A stretch of DNA of 64,000 nt from contig CACYVN010000005.1 in NCBI GenBank assembly GCA_902777855.1, positions 6,320-70,319 on the forward strand. The letters run 5' to 3'. Origin of the DNA: an uncultured bacterium. Lineage in GTDB: Bacteria > Cyanobacteriota > Vampirovibrionia > Gastranaerophilales > Gastranaerophilaceae. Below are positions 48,301-56,488 of the stretch, piece after piece. Below the pieces are notes generated by a model. It did not search any database. It was not told where the DNA came from and was given only the letters and a program-made list of their open reading frames with translations. Each line of letters starts with the position of its first letter. Positions within the stretch are counted from its first letter, which is position 1. A program made the translations under genes and the position numbers.

Positions 48301-48626
48301 CTAAACTTGCAACCGCAGAAGCATTTGCAACAATACCCGGAGCGACTATATCAAACACCGGCAAAGTTGCAGGCAGAGTCGCTACGAGTATGGCCGGCAA
48401 CGCAACAATCGGTGCCGCCGGAGAATATGCAAAAACAGGAAAGGTAACACTTAATGGTGTTATACTGAATGCAACATTTGCCGCAACAGGTGAAATTATT
48501 GCATTATCGACCTCAAACATGAGTAAAATTACATCTACGGCTATCAAACAATCAAATAATACCATAGGAAAGAAAACAAGTAATGCAGGAGAAGCTCCTG
48601 CAAAAATCTTCGGTGCAGACTCATAG
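45306..48626 (+). CDS. Large multidomain protein: EF-hand pair, T/G/K-rich beta-repeat region, LysM domain(s), helical region, Ala/Gly/Thr-rich hydrophobic C-terminus
   Basis: EF-hand loops DRDKNGILDDAE and DTNNNGNIEKKE. LysM VRAGDSLEQIAAYMNK...LKKLNPKV..IQAGQMITVP, and a second degenerate one (..IKAGDKIFVP). C-terminal roughly 230 aa is A/G/T-rich. Confidence 0.8.
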   Translation: MSSNFGFNIGKSNPKTLDNNASTLKGGVRKESVDQKFHSIFDKVDRDKNGILDDAELANFKSEIDTNNNGNIEKKESKNYIKNNNLTYTNDKGKQKELSGEDLNQFLDSLAQNVDKANIKSATKGEVDGKSAVTITKNDGSQEIIFDDKNEPSRFVKTDPQTGETKTQFVKDGKVLKEETESQNGDRTATEFGDNGKPLQSTTLKQENGETSVTNYTDGVPTSKDITKGTTQKHYSIDQNGNEILETEVQDMGGGMKKTSTHTYDGNTETIATSNPDGSNIVKTKIDGKLAQTVETKAGETIITNYNEDGSKVETKQKDNVTTTTSLNADEHRTEQTQIVNGKAHTVKYDGKGNTQIVVRAGDSLEQIAAYMNKNSGQKVTVEDLKKLNPKVNNDNIQAGQMITVPGEYDAASKIVVSRGTQAEQKAKGDAAETRLNQKLSKLDQTYQTEATSSNYADIAKQILEEAGEKPNEQLVKKLTKQISEMNGNRQIKAGDKIFVPMTEDTLRKTINKEQDFSINWGAEEPIANEFYEAIKGVGTDTKKLDKLILDPDSEFCQENVAGVLISYSTKHPKEGLLEGISDEVGLTQNDRLKYINGIYNKLEARAKELGIDTKEYRTKWDQIDKTKLNNSEMDKIAIELSQHCISYERMSTKYEQFKIKSRPNEENYKMTTNVLQDRLNQAKKSFVAQQKYDGWAGRVADSFGKNFNIKERNYKEAVIQDMKQSQRIINILDLSTKTGVDGDFERAFKEQFGVEYNPVMVDNYKKLADKQAEVEMYHAMSETFNKDLGYLVENTHKEMRGEISLNQTYTNMGEINAYNKLSEFFGGGDVKEGKKLLDTRLKDMGVPQKVSKWRAMHLMAEEISSDLEMKSSPGFGSYAEYKTQLNVAYKNAFGTNQNSDILKRVEDYNTSQMVGASVVKTAAKTVAIAGTAVAVVASGGTATPLVVAGTTFAAGTAVDASDVLTSESRKLDGAEISNILKDAGIDAAMTFAGGQLGAKLATAEAFATIPGATISNTGKVAGRVATSMAGNATIGAAGEYAKTGKVTLNGVILNATFAATGEIIALSTSNMSKITSTAIKQSNNTIGKKTSNAGEAPAKIFGADS

Positions 48627-48680
48627 ATTTTTAAATTTCAGATGTTAACAATATCTTAATTATTCAAGCCGTAATTTTAC

Positions 48681-48709
48681 TTGATTACAAAACATGTTGA
48701 TGTTACTAT
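48681..48709 (+). promoter_or_regulatory. Putative sigma-70 promoter of gap
   Basis: TTGATT (48681-48686), 17-nt spacer, TACTAT (48704-48709), about 45 nt upstream of the gap ATG. Confidence 0.35.
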
Positions 48710-48753
48710 CGACATGTTATAGTAGTTACCAATTAAGAAGGAGAAAAAAGATT

Positions 48754-49758
48754 ATGGTAAACGTAGCAATTAACGGATTCGGCAGAATCGGTAGAAATAC
48801 TTTAAGAGCCGCAATCAGAGAAGGTATTTTTGACAAAATCAATTATGTAGCAATCAACGACCCGGGTTTGAAACCGGAAGATGCTGCAAGAATTTTCAAA
48901 TATGACTCAGTTATGGGTAAATTTGACGGTGAAGTTGAAGCTTATGAAGAAGGTATTATCGTTAATGGTAAGAAAATCAAATTCTTCGCAGAAAAAGATC
49001 CTGCTCAGCTTCCTTGGAAAGATTTGGGTGTAGAAGTTGTTGTTGAATCAACAGGTTTCTTCACAGATGGCGAAAAAGCTAAAGCTCACATCGCAGCAGG
49101 CGCTAAAAAAGTTATCATCTCTGCACCTGCAACTAACGAAGATATTACAATCGTTCTTGGTGTAAACGACAAAGAATACGATACAACTAAACACAATGTA
49201 ATTTCTATGGCATCTTGCACAACTAACTGCTTGGCACCGGTTGCTAAGGTTATCGATGAAAAATTCGGTATCGTTAAAGGTTTGATGACAACAGTTCACT
49301 CTTATACAGGTGACCAGAGAATCTTAGACGCAGGTCACAAAGACCCTCGTCGTGCAAGAGCAGGCGCTCTTAACATTTGTCCTACAAAAACAGGTGCTGC
49401 TAAGGCTGTTGCTTTAGTTCTTCCTCAGTTGAAAGGTAAATTGGACGGTTTTGCTATGAGAGTTCCGACTCCTGACGTATCTTTGGTTGACGTTGTATTT
49501 GAAACAGAAAAGAAAGTTACTGTTGAAGAAGTTAACGCAGCATTAAAAGCAGGTGCTGACGGACACGTTCTTTGCTATACAGAAGAACCGTTAGTATCAT
49601 CTGACTACGTTGGTACTTCACAATCATCTACTGTTGATGCTTTATTAACAAGAGTTATGGGCGACAACATGGTTAAAATCATTTCTTGGTACGATAACGA
49701 AATGGGTTATTCAACAAGACTTGCTGAAACAACTTATATGGTTGCTTCAAAATTATAA
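48754..49758 (+). CDS. gap: Glyceraldehyde-3-phosphate dehydrogenase
   Basis: MVNVAINGFGRIGR, SCTTNCLAP. The aaggag SD before the ATG at 48754 indicates that the ORF-track start at 48694 is an upstream in-frame extension. Confidence 0.96.
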   Translation: MVNVAINGFGRIGRNTLRAAIREGIFDKINYVAINDPGLKPEDAARIFKYDSVMGKFDGEVEAYEEGIIVNGKKIKFFAEKDPAQLPWKDLGVEVVVESTGFFTDGEKAKAHIAAGAKKVIISAPATNEDITIVLGVNDKEYDTTKHNVISMASCTTNCLAPVAKVIDEKFGIVKGLMTTVHSYTGDQRILDAGHKDPRRARAGALNICPTKTGAAKAVALVLPQLKGKLDGFAMRVPTPDVSLVDVVFETEKKVTVEEVNAALKAGADGHVLCYTEEPLVSSDYVGTSQSSTVDALLTRVMGDNMVKIISWYDNEMGYSTRLAETTYMVASKL

Positions 49759-49798
49759 GGAAATTATTGGAGTAATTCCAATCCGTTATAATGTATAA

Positions 49799-49831
49799 GT
49801 GCGGGGTATCAGTTGATACCCCGCACTTTTT
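49799..49831 (+). terminator. Intrinsic terminator after gap
   Basis: gtgcggggtatc-agtt-gataccccgcac 12-bp stem followed by a T-run. Confidence 0.85.
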
Positions 49832-49863
49832 ATGTAGTCTGCTATTATCAAATATACAAAACT

Positions 49864-49892
49864 AAAAAGGTGCAAACATTGCACCTTTTTTT
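49864..49892. terminator. Bidirectional intrinsic terminator (serves the 49907-50281 gene)
   Basis: ggtgca-aacat-tgcacc flanked by an A-run and a T-run. Confidence 0.7.
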
Positions 49893-49906
49893 ATTAAATA
49901 CTTTAC

Positions 49907-50281
49907 TTAATCCCATATTAGCTGGTCTTCTCTGATGTGGGTTAATTGATATTCATTATCGGATTTTATACTGTAACCGTTATCAAAATGTTTTAGTTCA
50001 ACCAAGACAGATTCTTTATTTACTCTGGGCAATTTAATCCCGAGAGTTTGCCTGATTACATCTATGTATTGCCCCAATTTGTTGCGTTCTATCTTTTTTT
50101 TACCGAAATCAGCCCAATTGCCGTCAAACATATTTTTAAGAGCTAATTGTGCAAAACCTTTGTCAAGTTCAAGTGTAGTTTCAATTTTTGTAATTTTGCC
50201 GCCATTTGTGAAATCCTGGAATTTCATTATCCCCCCAAACTGCGGATTATAAGTTCTGTATTGTATTTTATTTATTTGCAT
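49907..50281 (-). CDS. Hypothetical protein
   Basis: 124-aa ORF with a terminator downstream. N-terminus ..YNPQFGG... No recognisable domain. Confidence 0.5.
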   Translation of the reverse strand: MQINKIQYRTYNPQFGGIMKFQDFTNGGKITKIETTLELDKGFAQLALKNMFDGNWADFGKKKIERNKLGQYIDVIRQTLGIKLPRVNKESVLVELKHFDNGYSIKSDNEYQLTHIREDQLIWD

Positions 50282-50344
50282 TTTGTAAAATTTTCCTACT
50301 TTATAGTATAAAAAACATCAAAATAAATTTTGCCATCCCAAGTT

Positions 50345-51403
50345 TTATTTTACAACCTTATTTAAGCCATGCGGCTTATCAACGTTTCTGTGAAGTTTCA
50401 GTGCAATTTCCAGTGCAAGGAGTTGGATTATTACCAAAATTCCGAAAGTTTTGATAATCGGTTTTTCACAGTCTATATTAAGGTTATAAGTCGATTTAAC
50501 CTGGTTTGTTCTGTTACCGATTATACAAATCGGGGGCTTATAATTTTCTTTGATGCTATTGAGATTTTTTACCGCAATATAATTTAGATCTGAATTTGCA
50601 ATATAAATCATTGCACTTTTGGCATTGTTCAACACCGCAACATGCCCATGCATAAATTCACCCAAAATATAAGAACAAGTGTTGATATAAGAAGTTTCTT
50701 TAATCTTTAAAGATGCCTCTTTTGCAAAAGCATACATCTCACCATCGGCACTCATAACAATACTTTTGTAACGGGACAAAAATCTTGCCGCCTGTTTGAT
50801 TTTTGAATGAATTTTATATGCTTTATTTATAACATCCGGAATATCATTCAAATCTCTAATCAGATCACTTACATTAATTCCCTTATCCTGAGCGAGCTTA
50901 AATACAAGAATTGCACCGCAAAGCAATTGGGAAGTAAAAGATTTTGTTGCTGCAATACTTTTTTCTTCACCGGCATGACAAGCGATATGATATTGTGTTG
51001 CGTTCCAGATTGATGAATTTTCTTTATTAGTTATACAAAGAGTTTTTACGCCATGCTCTTTTGCTCTCAACAGGGCCGAATTTGTATCAGTTGTTTCCCC
51101 TGACTGGGTTATGAAAATATATAAAATATCCTCGCTGTCGGCAATTTTTGGCTGAAGCAGAAATTCACTTGAATAAATAGCCCTTGCTTCAATATTTGCA
51201 ACCGAACCTAATATACTTGCGCAGTACCTTGCACAATGATATGAAGAACCGCTTGCAACCAAGAAAACACGATTAATATTTTGAGGAACATCAATATTTA
51301 TCTGTCCGTCTTTTATATATTCACCTATAATTTGCTCACAGATTTTACTCTGAGCAAATATTTCCATTTCCATTGCGGATTTTTTGCGTTTGATAAGTGG
51401 CAT
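50345..51403 (-). CDS. Tandem SIS-domain sugar-phosphate isomerase/aminotransferase-like protein (GlmS isomerase-domain / AgaS-FrlB type, no glutaminase domain)
   Basis: VASGSSYHCA... and ..ITQSGETTD.. SIS motifs in the first half. The second SIS-like half ends in ..VDKPHGLNKVVK. Confidence 0.75.
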   Translation of the reverse strand: MPLIKRKKSAMEMEIFAQSKICEQIIGEYIKDGQINIDVPQNINRVFLVASGSSYHCARYCASILGSVANIEARAIYSSEFLLQPKIADSEDILYIFITQSGETTDTNSALLRAKEHGVKTLCITNKENSSIWNATQYHIACHAGEEKSIAATKSFTSQLLCGAILVFKLAQDKGINVSDLIRDLNDIPDVINKAYKIHSKIKQAARFLSRYKSIVMSADGEMYAFAKEASLKIKETSYINTCSYILGEFMHGHVAVLNNAKSAMIYIANSDLNYIAVKNLNSIKENYKPPICIIGNRTNQVKSTYNLNIDCEKPIIKTFGILVIIQLLALEIALKLHRNVDKPHGLNKVVK

Positions 51404-51425
51404 TATATAACTCTTACTTAATAAG

Positions 51426-51494
51426 GAGATTCTTCGGCTTGATTATCATTCTGAGCAATGCGAAGAATCTCTCACATGACGCCTCAGAATGACG
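51426..51494. repeat. Palindromic GAGATTCTTCG...CTCAGAATGACG mini-repeat (REP/MITE-like)
   Basis: gagattcttcg (51426-36) pairs with cgaagaatctc (51461-71). cattctgag (51447-55) pairs with ctcagaatg (51483-91). Sits between the SIS gene start and the gatB stop. Confidence 0.65.
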
Positions 51495-51500
51495 ATGAAG

Positions 51501-52955
51501 TTATCCTTCCAAAAATTCTCTTACAAATTTATTAACTGTTTGCGGATTTGCTCTTCCTTTAGTTTCTTTCATTACCTGACCGACAAAGAATCCCAAAAGA
51601 TTAGTTCTTCCGTTTTTGTAAGATTCAACTTCATTTGGATGTGCTTCAACGATATTTTTAACCATATCTTTGATTGCACTCTCATCGTTGATTTGGCTCA
51701 AACCTTTTCTTTCAACAATAGCAGAAGCCGTTTCACCTTTGGTAATCATATCTTCAACAAGAATTTGCTTACCGATATTATTTGATATTGTTCCCTTTTC
51801 AATTAAGGCAATAAGTTCTGCCAAATTTTCAGGAGTCAATTTTGTTTCATTGATTTCAACATGATTTTCTTTTAAATACGCTGCAATTTCACCTGTTAAG
51901 AAATTAACGGCTGTTTTTGGATTTGCACCGAGTTCAATGACTTTATCAAAGAATTTTGCAAGTTCCATCTGCGATACAACAACATTTGCATCATATTCGC
52001 TCAAACCTAAACTTTGATATCTTTCACGCTTTTGATTCGGGAGTTCAGGCATTTTTGCTCTGATTTCTTCAACCCATTCACGGGAAATTTCTAACGGCAT
52101 CAAATCAGGTTCAGGGAAATAACGGTAATCGTTTGCATCTTCTTTGCTTCTCATTGATTTTGTTTCTCTGGTATCGTCATTCCAAAGTCTTGTTTCCTGA
52201 ACAACTTCACCGCCGTCTTCGACAAGTTCTATCTGGCGATCAATTTCGTATTCTAACGCTCTTTCCAAGGCAGAAAAAGAGTTAATATTTTTTATTTCGG
52301 CTCTTGTTCCAAATTCTTTTGAACCTTTTGGCATGATAGAAATGTTTGCATCACATCTCATTGAACCTTCTTCAAGGTTGCCGTCACAAACTCCTGCATA
52401 GCGGACAATGTCACGAAGTTCTTCCATATATGCCCTTGCTTCCTGCGGACTGCGCATATCAGGTTCCGATACGATTTCAAGAAGCGGAGTACCGGCTCTG
52501 TTCAGGTCAACAAGCGAATAAATAGAACCTGCCAAACCGTTTGCACCTGCGTGGACAAGTTTACCTGCATCTTCTTCTAAGTGTGCACGTGTAATTCCGA
52601 TTCTTTTACCGTTAATATCAATATGACCGTTTACGCAAATTGGTTCATCATACTGAGATATCTGATAACCTTTCGGCAAATCAGGGTAGAAATACTGCTT
52701 TCTGTCGAATTTGCATCTTGCAGGGATTTCACAATTAAGTGCTAAGCCTGCTAAAATACCCATATTAACGACTTCCTTGTTAAGTACAGGCAAAACACCA
52801 GGCATACCAAGTGTAATCGGACTTGTAAGTGAATTTGGCTCTTGCCCGAACTCATTTTTGTCAGGGGCAAAAATCTTTGTTTTTGTCTTTAACTGAGCGT
52901 GAACTTCAAGCCCTATAACAACTTCATATTTATCTCTTAATTCTTGTTCAACCAT
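51501..52955 (-). CDS. gatB: Asp-tRNA(Asn)/Glu-tRNA(Gln) amidotransferase subunit B
   Basis: YEVVIGLEVHAQL.. and full-length family resemblance. The aggag SD before the ATG at 52955 (MVEQELRDKY) indicates that the track start at 53033 is an extension. Confidence 0.95.
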   Translation of the reverse strand: MVEQELRDKYEVVIGLEVHAQLKTKTKIFAPDKNEFGQEPNSLTSPITLGMPGVLPVLNKEVVNMGILAGLALNCEIPARCKFDRKQYFYPDLPKGYQISQYDEPICVNGHIDINGKRIGITRAHLEEDAGKLVHAGANGLAGSIYSLVDLNRAGTPLLEIVSEPDMRSPQEARAYMEELRDIVRYAGVCDGNLEEGSMRCDANISIMPKGSKEFGTRAEIKNINSFSALERALEYEIDRQIELVEDGGEVVQETRLWNDDTRETKSMRSKEDANDYRYFPEPDLMPLEISREWVEEIRAKMPELPNQKRERYQSLGLSEYDANVVVSQMELAKFFDKVIELGANPKTAVNFLTGEIAAYLKENHVEINETKLTPENLAELIALIEKGTISNNIGKQILVEDMITKGETASAIVERKGLSQINDESAIKDMVKNIVEAHPNEVESYKNGRTNLLGFFVGQVMKETKGRANPQTVNKFVREFLEG

Positions 52956-53137
52956 TTTAAATCTCTCCTTGTCTATTAACATAATTTTAGCATAAAAACA
53001 AAGACAGTAAGACGTTAAGATATTAAGAAGCAAAGTTCTTTACAAAAATTATAAATAAATAATTACCTTCCAAAACTTTACTAATATAGCAAAAATATTT
53101 TTTATGGGTTTTAGGTATACTGAAAGGAGAATTGCAA

Positions 53138-53560
53138 ATGACAATTTTTATAAATGCCCCACGTATTTTTAAGTTTAATAATAAAAATTATATGTACCTG
53201 AATCAGGAATTTGAAGGGAATTTGGATGTCGGATATAATTTGCACGACAGGCAAAAAGGATTGTTTGAAATTGTCCCATCCAAAAATCCTTCTTCATATT
53301 CTCATATAGAACTCAAACCGGTAATTCTTGCAGAAAAGCACGTTGAAAAAAACGGAGATATCACTTTTAGCAGAAAAAATTTCTTAACGGGAGAAACTTT
53401 ATTTGCAGATAAATTTTGTTTTTCAGATAAGTACGAAATTTCAAAGGCTCCATGTGAACAAATAGGAAATATAATCGAAGAACAAATTGAAATTTTAGCT
53501 AAAAATAAAAATGCCCACAGAATACTAAAAAAAGTAAAAAATTTAATAAAAAGCCTGTAA
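53138..53560 (+). CDS. Hypothetical protein
   Basis: The ATG at 53138 follows aaaggag. About 140 aa. No recognisable domain. Confidence 0.5.
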   Translation: MTIFINAPRIFKFNNKNYMYLNQEFEGNLDVGYNLHDRQKGLFEIVPSKNPSSYSHIELKPVILAEKHVEKNGDITFSRKNFLTGETLFADKFCFSDKYEISKAPCEQIGNIIEEQIEILAKNKNAHRILKKVKNLIKSL

Positions 53561-53582
53561 TATCATAATTATTTAATACATT

Positions 53583-54188
53583 TTATCTTGAATATACATC
53601 ATGCTTTGTTGGTGTTGATAATGGCTCTTTATAATTATTTATATAATCTATAGCATCCTGCGGAGTTGATGCAACATAAAACAGATTCGTTGTAAATTTA
53701 TTCGCGAATTTGTCATCCACCATTTTATCAAAAAACTTCAAAAGCTCATCATAATAACCATTTGTATTTAAAATTACAATTGCTTTTTTGTTGAAACCTA
53801 ACTGCTTTTGTACAAGCATTTCTGCAAATTCTTCCAAAGTTCCGAAACCACCGGCCATCGCAATAACTGCATCTGATATATCATCCATTTTTTGTTTTCT
53901 GTCTCGCATTCCCTGCGCCAAAATGAACTCGTCACAATTATCTGTCTTACAACCTAAATCTACAAGTCTTTTAGGCATAACACCATAAATTTTCCCGCCG
54001 TTATTCTTAACTTCGGATGCACAAGCCCACATCATTCCTAATGTAGAACCGCCATAAACAATATTATATCCGTTTTGGCCGATAAGTTTACCTAATTCCC
54101 TTGCATCCTTATAATAAATGACATCAAGATAATCACTTGAAGAACAAAATACACAAATGTTCTTTATACATTTACCTTTATTCGACAA
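53583..54188 (-). CDS. LOG-family nucleotide 5'-monophosphate nucleosidase (TIGR00730)
   Basis: VFCSSS.., GGSTLGMM, AGGFGTLEEF motifs. 201 aa. Confidence 0.85.
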   Translation of the reverse strand: MSNKGKCIKNICVFCSSSDYLDVIYYKDARELGKLIGQNGYNIVYGGSTLGMMWACASEVKNNGGKIYGVMPKRLVDLGCKTDNCDEFILAQGMRDRKQKMDDISDAVIAMAGGFGTLEEFAEMLVQKQLGFNKKAIVILNTNGYYDELLKFFDKMVDDKFANKFTTNLFYVASTPQDAIDYINNYKEPLSTPTKHDVYSR

Positions 54189-54810
54189 AATCGCCCCCTA
54201 TTCGGTAATAATGAGAACATGATAAGCCTGTGCCGTTTTTAGAACAATCCTGACGCAATTTATCGACATCCCAACCATAACCTATGGCATTTACATTCCC
54301 GTCTCTATAAATATTTAGTCCAAAAATATCCAAACCCCAGGTATTAGGTTTTTTACTGCCATTAGTATCAATAAGCATCAAAAATACCGGTGCATCAGGA
54401 GTTTTATCCACAATGTCTTTTACTCCAATAATCAGACCATCCTGATTGTTATACAACAAATCAAAGTAGTAAAAATCGTTTTTAGATACAACTTTACCAT
54501 TCATATAGTGCTGAACGTACTTTTTCTTATTCATCCTGTCCTCAAGCCGGAGATATGGCTTTACCAACTGAATCATATATCTTTCACGCAGAATATCACT
54601 TTTTGCATTCCGCATATTTTTTACAATATCAGATTTTGCCTGAGCACTCATAGCAGTAAACATATATGCAATTTTATTATATTCGGAATTCCAGATAGAA
54701 ATATAAACCGCCGTCTTTGAAGAAAAAGAAGTCGGAATCATAAACAATATACCCGCAAATATTGCAAATATTGTTAAAGAATATTCAATTTTCCAGTTAA
54801 ATTTAGTCAT
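54178..54810 (-). CDS. Hypothetical protein with N-terminal TM anchor
   Basis: 210 aa with one N-terminal helix. Overlaps the LOG gene start by 11 nt. Confidence 0.5.
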   Translation of the reverse strand: MTKFNWKIEYSLTIFAIFAGILFMIPTSFSSKTAVYISIWNSEYNKIAYMFTAMSAQAKSDIVKNMRNAKSDILRERYMIQLVKPYLRLEDRMNKKKYVQHYMNGKVVSKNDFYYFDLLYNNQDGLIIGVKDIVDKTPDAPVFLMLIDTNGSKKPNTWGLDIFGLNIYRDGNVNAIGYGWDVDKLRQDCSKNGTGLSCSHYYRIGGDFVE

Positions 54811-54813
54811 TTT

Positions 54814-55686
54814 CTAATTAACCGCAGCCAAATCAAGGCGTTTCTTTTCTTCAATCAATTTGTCATATACCCATTCAGGAATAAAGTTTTTGCCCAACAC
54901 AATCTGACCGTTTAAAATATTTGGGGCATGAAAATCAGAACCGCCGGTAACAATCAAACCAAGATTTTCTGCCATTGATGAAAAATACTCAACCATAGCA
55001 GGAGAGTGTTTCCTGTGGTATGCTTCAATTCCTCTCAAACCGTAACTCATAAGGTCTTTAATCAAACCTTCGGCCATATTTTCCAAATCGTGCGGATGCG
55101 CAATAACAGGAATACCTCCCGCATCATAAATAATTTCAACCGCATCATGAGGAGAAACAGTTTTTCTTTGTACATAAACAGGAGAATTTATATGAATATA
55201 TTTAGCATAAGCATCCATAACATTCGTTGTTCCGCCGGCTGATGTTATAGCTCTTGCAATATGAGGACGCCCAATACTACCTCCGGGAGCAACAAGCTTT
55301 TTAATATCATCAAACTTGATTCTTATTCCTTCTTTTTTTGCAAGTAAGCCTAAAATTTCTTTTGTCTGTTTTACCCTTGCCTGTTGTTGTGATTTAATCA
55401 TACTTTGAAAATCAGAATTATCTACATCCATAAAATAACCCAAAATATGTACTTCGTAATCATTATACAAAGTATTCACTTCAATACCGCGCAAAATTTG
55501 AATTTTATCATTCAAACCTTTTTCTTTGATATAATTTTGAGCTACATCATAAGCAAGTACATTATCATGGTCTGTTATAGCGATTGCACCAAGACCGACA
55601 TCCATAGCGGTGTCTACAATTTTTTCGGGCGTAAAAACACCATCGGAAAAATATGTGTGAATATGTAAATCAGTTTTCATCTCCAC
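54814..55686 (-). CDS. PHP-domain metal-dependent phosphoesterase (TrpH/YciV-like)
   Basis: DLHIHTYFSDG, AITDHD, ..AHP.., GGSDFH motifs. Confidence 0.85.
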   Translation of the reverse strand: MEMKTDLHIHTYFSDGVFTPEKIVDTAMDVGLGAIAITDHDNVLAYDVAQNYIKEKGLNDKIQILRGIEVNTLYNDYEVHILGYFMDVDNSDFQSMIKSQQQARVKQTKEILGLLAKKEGIRIKFDDIKKLVAPGGSIGRPHIARAITSAGGTTNVMDAYAKYIHINSPVYVQRKTVSPHDAVEIIYDAGGIPVIAHPHDLENMAEGLIKDLMSYGLRGIEAYHRKHSPAMVEYFSSMAENLGLIVTGGSDFHAPNILNGQIVLGKNFIPEWVYDKLIEEKKRLDLAAVN

Positions 55687-56488
55687 TTTCCTCTACTTTA
55701 CTGTTACTACAAAAAACTCTTTTTACCGTTAAAGCACGACCGCTGTTAACATCAATATCAACCTCAAGGGCGTTAACCTGTGTTGTCTTGCCTTGTGCAA
55801 CTTCATACCTTTCCGGAATCCCTGTCAAAAACCGTGACAGAGATGTATTATACTCCATCCCGATAACACCGTCGCTTGCACCACAAAAACCGGCATCCGT
55901 TATGTATGCCATCCCGCCAATAATACATTCATCAGCAGTTTGAACATGAGTGTGTGTTCCAAAAAATGCGCTTAAACCAAACTCTGAACAATATTTGGCA
56001 AAACAGATTTTTTCTGCGGTTGCCTCGGCATGAAAATCCATTAATACTATCGGTGTTTCTTTTTTGATTTTTTCAATTTCTGATTTAACAATTTCCCAAG
56101 GGGAATCAACCATATTCATAAAAACTCGGCCGATTGAATTTATTACTCCGATTTTTATTCCGTCTTTTTCAAAAATACGGCTTCCGGCTCCCTTTACACC
56201 CGTCGGGTAGTTTATTGGGCGAATAAGTTTGTCTGCACTGTCAATATATGTATAAACATCTTTTTTGTCCCAGATATGATTACCGCAAGTCATTGCGTCA
56301 ATACCGTATTCAATAAAATCGTTATAATTTTTTTCGGTCAAACCAAAACCATGAGATGCGTTTTCAATATTGGCAATAACAAAATCATATTTTTCTTTGC
56401 TATCAGTCAAAAAATCCCTGACGGCATTGCGCCCCGGCTTGCCGACTATATCTCCGAAAAATATGATTTTTATTGTGCCATTTTTCAT
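55670..56488 (-). CDS. ymdB: YmdB-family metallophosphoesterase (2',3'-cyclic-nucleotide 2'-phosphodiesterase, TIGR00282)
   Basis: IIFFGDIVGKPGR, FVIANIENASHGFG, GNHIWD, HAEATAEK, GTHTHVQTAD. Confidence 0.9.
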   Translation of the reverse strand: MKNGTIKIIFFGDIVGKPGRNAVRDFLTDSKEKYDFVIANIENASHGFGLTEKNYNDFIEYGIDAMTCGNHIWDKKDVYTYIDSADKLIRPINYPTGVKGAGSRIFEKDGIKIGVINSIGRVFMNMVDSPWEIVKSEIEKIKKETPIVLMDFHAEATAEKICFAKYCSEFGLSAFFGTHTHVQTADECIIGGMAYITDAGFCGASDGVIGMEYNTSLSRFLTGIPERYEVAQGKTTQVNALEVDIDVNSGRALTVKRVFCSNSKVEESGDEN

